Source of the DNA: Minisyncoccota bacterium
GTDB lineage: Bacteria > Patescibacteriota > Minisyncoccia > Minisyncoccales > Minisyncoccaceae
Direction: 5' to 3'
Length of the DNA stretch: 32,000 bases
Assembly: GCA_041650175.1 (NCBI GenBank)
Contig: JBAZLS010000003.1
Location: 39,917 to 71,916 of the forward strand
The stretch's first letter is position 1; each line of letters begins with the position of its first letter. A model generated the notes under the pieces. That model saw only the letters and a program-made list of their open reading frames with translations, was not told where the DNA came from and ran no database searches. The position numbers were made by a program, and so were the translations under genes. Of this stretch, positions 31,691 through 32,000 are shown in pieces.

Positions 31691-32000
31691 ATGAAAACCG
31701 AAAATTCAAGATTTGATTCAATAATCTTATTTGTTGTTTCCCTCATAGGGTTTATTTTTATTGGAATATCCTTGATGGCAGTTATTAAGAATAACCCAGA
31801 AGGACAATTAGCCGAATCAAATTTATCACTACTCCAAACGAGAACAAGCACAGTTCCAATTAATGGAATTTGTGGAGCATCAAATGGAAGAGTTTTTGAA
31901 AATTCTCCCACAACTGAATTATGCGGTACAGGAAATCCATCAGTTGTAGTCTTGGAAGATAATCCGACAGGAAAATTCTTTGTTTGGCAATGTATCGGAA
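31691..32000 (+). CDS. 3'-truncated gene for a membrane-anchored protein carrying the same Cys-rich module as the 947-aa protein
   Basis: Missing from the ORF track because it runs off the window. My translation is MKTENSRFDSIILFVVSLIGFIFIGISLMAVIK...PINGICGASNGRVFENSPTTELCGTGNPSVVV..FFVWQCIG. It has a TM anchor plus the short-module signature CGxSNG..F...P...LC..G..S.V....W.C.G. Confidence 0.65.
   Translation, partial: MKTENSRFDSIILFVVSLIGFIFIGISLMAVIKNNPEGQLAESNLSLLQTRTSTVPINGICGASNGRVFENSPTTELCGTGNPSVVVLEDNPTGKFFVWQCIG

Noticed and set aside
1-32000. Alternative genetic code (UGA reassignment, as in some candidate phyla)
   Set aside because: The standard-code ORFs give full-length homologs of pnp, nusA, clpP, tig, comM and others, with normal ends and tight gene packing. 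I saw no pattern of split genes that recoding would repair.

Overview
AT-rich, tightly packed bacterial chromosomal segment that reads cleanly with the standard genetic code: the full-length housekeeping ORFs I checked end in TAA or TAG. Recognisable genes are rsmA, a LysM-M23 peptidase, comM/yifB, a DksA/TraR-like zinc finger, pnp-rpsO, a fatty-acid salvage block (FakA-like, 2x DegV/FakB, 3x PlsY-type, CarS-like), yraN, cca, nusA, tig and clpP. There are also VirB2/TrbC-like pilin membrane proteins, a secreted papain-like protease and large Cys-rich repeat surface proteins. This content suggests a reduced-genome Patescibacteria/CPR-like organism, which is an inference. Four tRNAs lie on the minus strand: Lys-CUU, Arg-UCG, Pro-CGG and Ala-CGC. 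No rRNA, CRISPR array, transposase or integrase was seen. Four things deserve a second look. (1) A ~2.1 kb ORF-free island (20.8-23.0 kb) around tRNA-Pro/tRNA-Ala holds five parS-type palindromes, 20 TGGCCA-core motifs in palindromic or tandem arrangements, DnaA-box-like 9-mers and very AT-rich tracts. It sits next to a global gene-strand switch, so it is a candidate origin/centromere region with an unassigned second DNA motif. (2) A family of three structured modules sits immediately 3' of tRNA-Lys, tRNA-Arg and tRNA-Pro. Each combines a direct copy of the host tRNA 3' end, an inverted copy of its T-arm, and a conserved core (hairpin, AGGCCTG, hairpin with CAGTC, CTTCNANTCCCC). (3) The FakA/FakB/PlsY/CarS-like lipid assembly cluster includes a degenerate PlsY paralog with a histone-H1-like lysine tail. 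(4) An unannotated 38-aa Cys-rich peptide gene has its own SD and terminator. All functional calls rest on motif recognition by eye. No database search was run.
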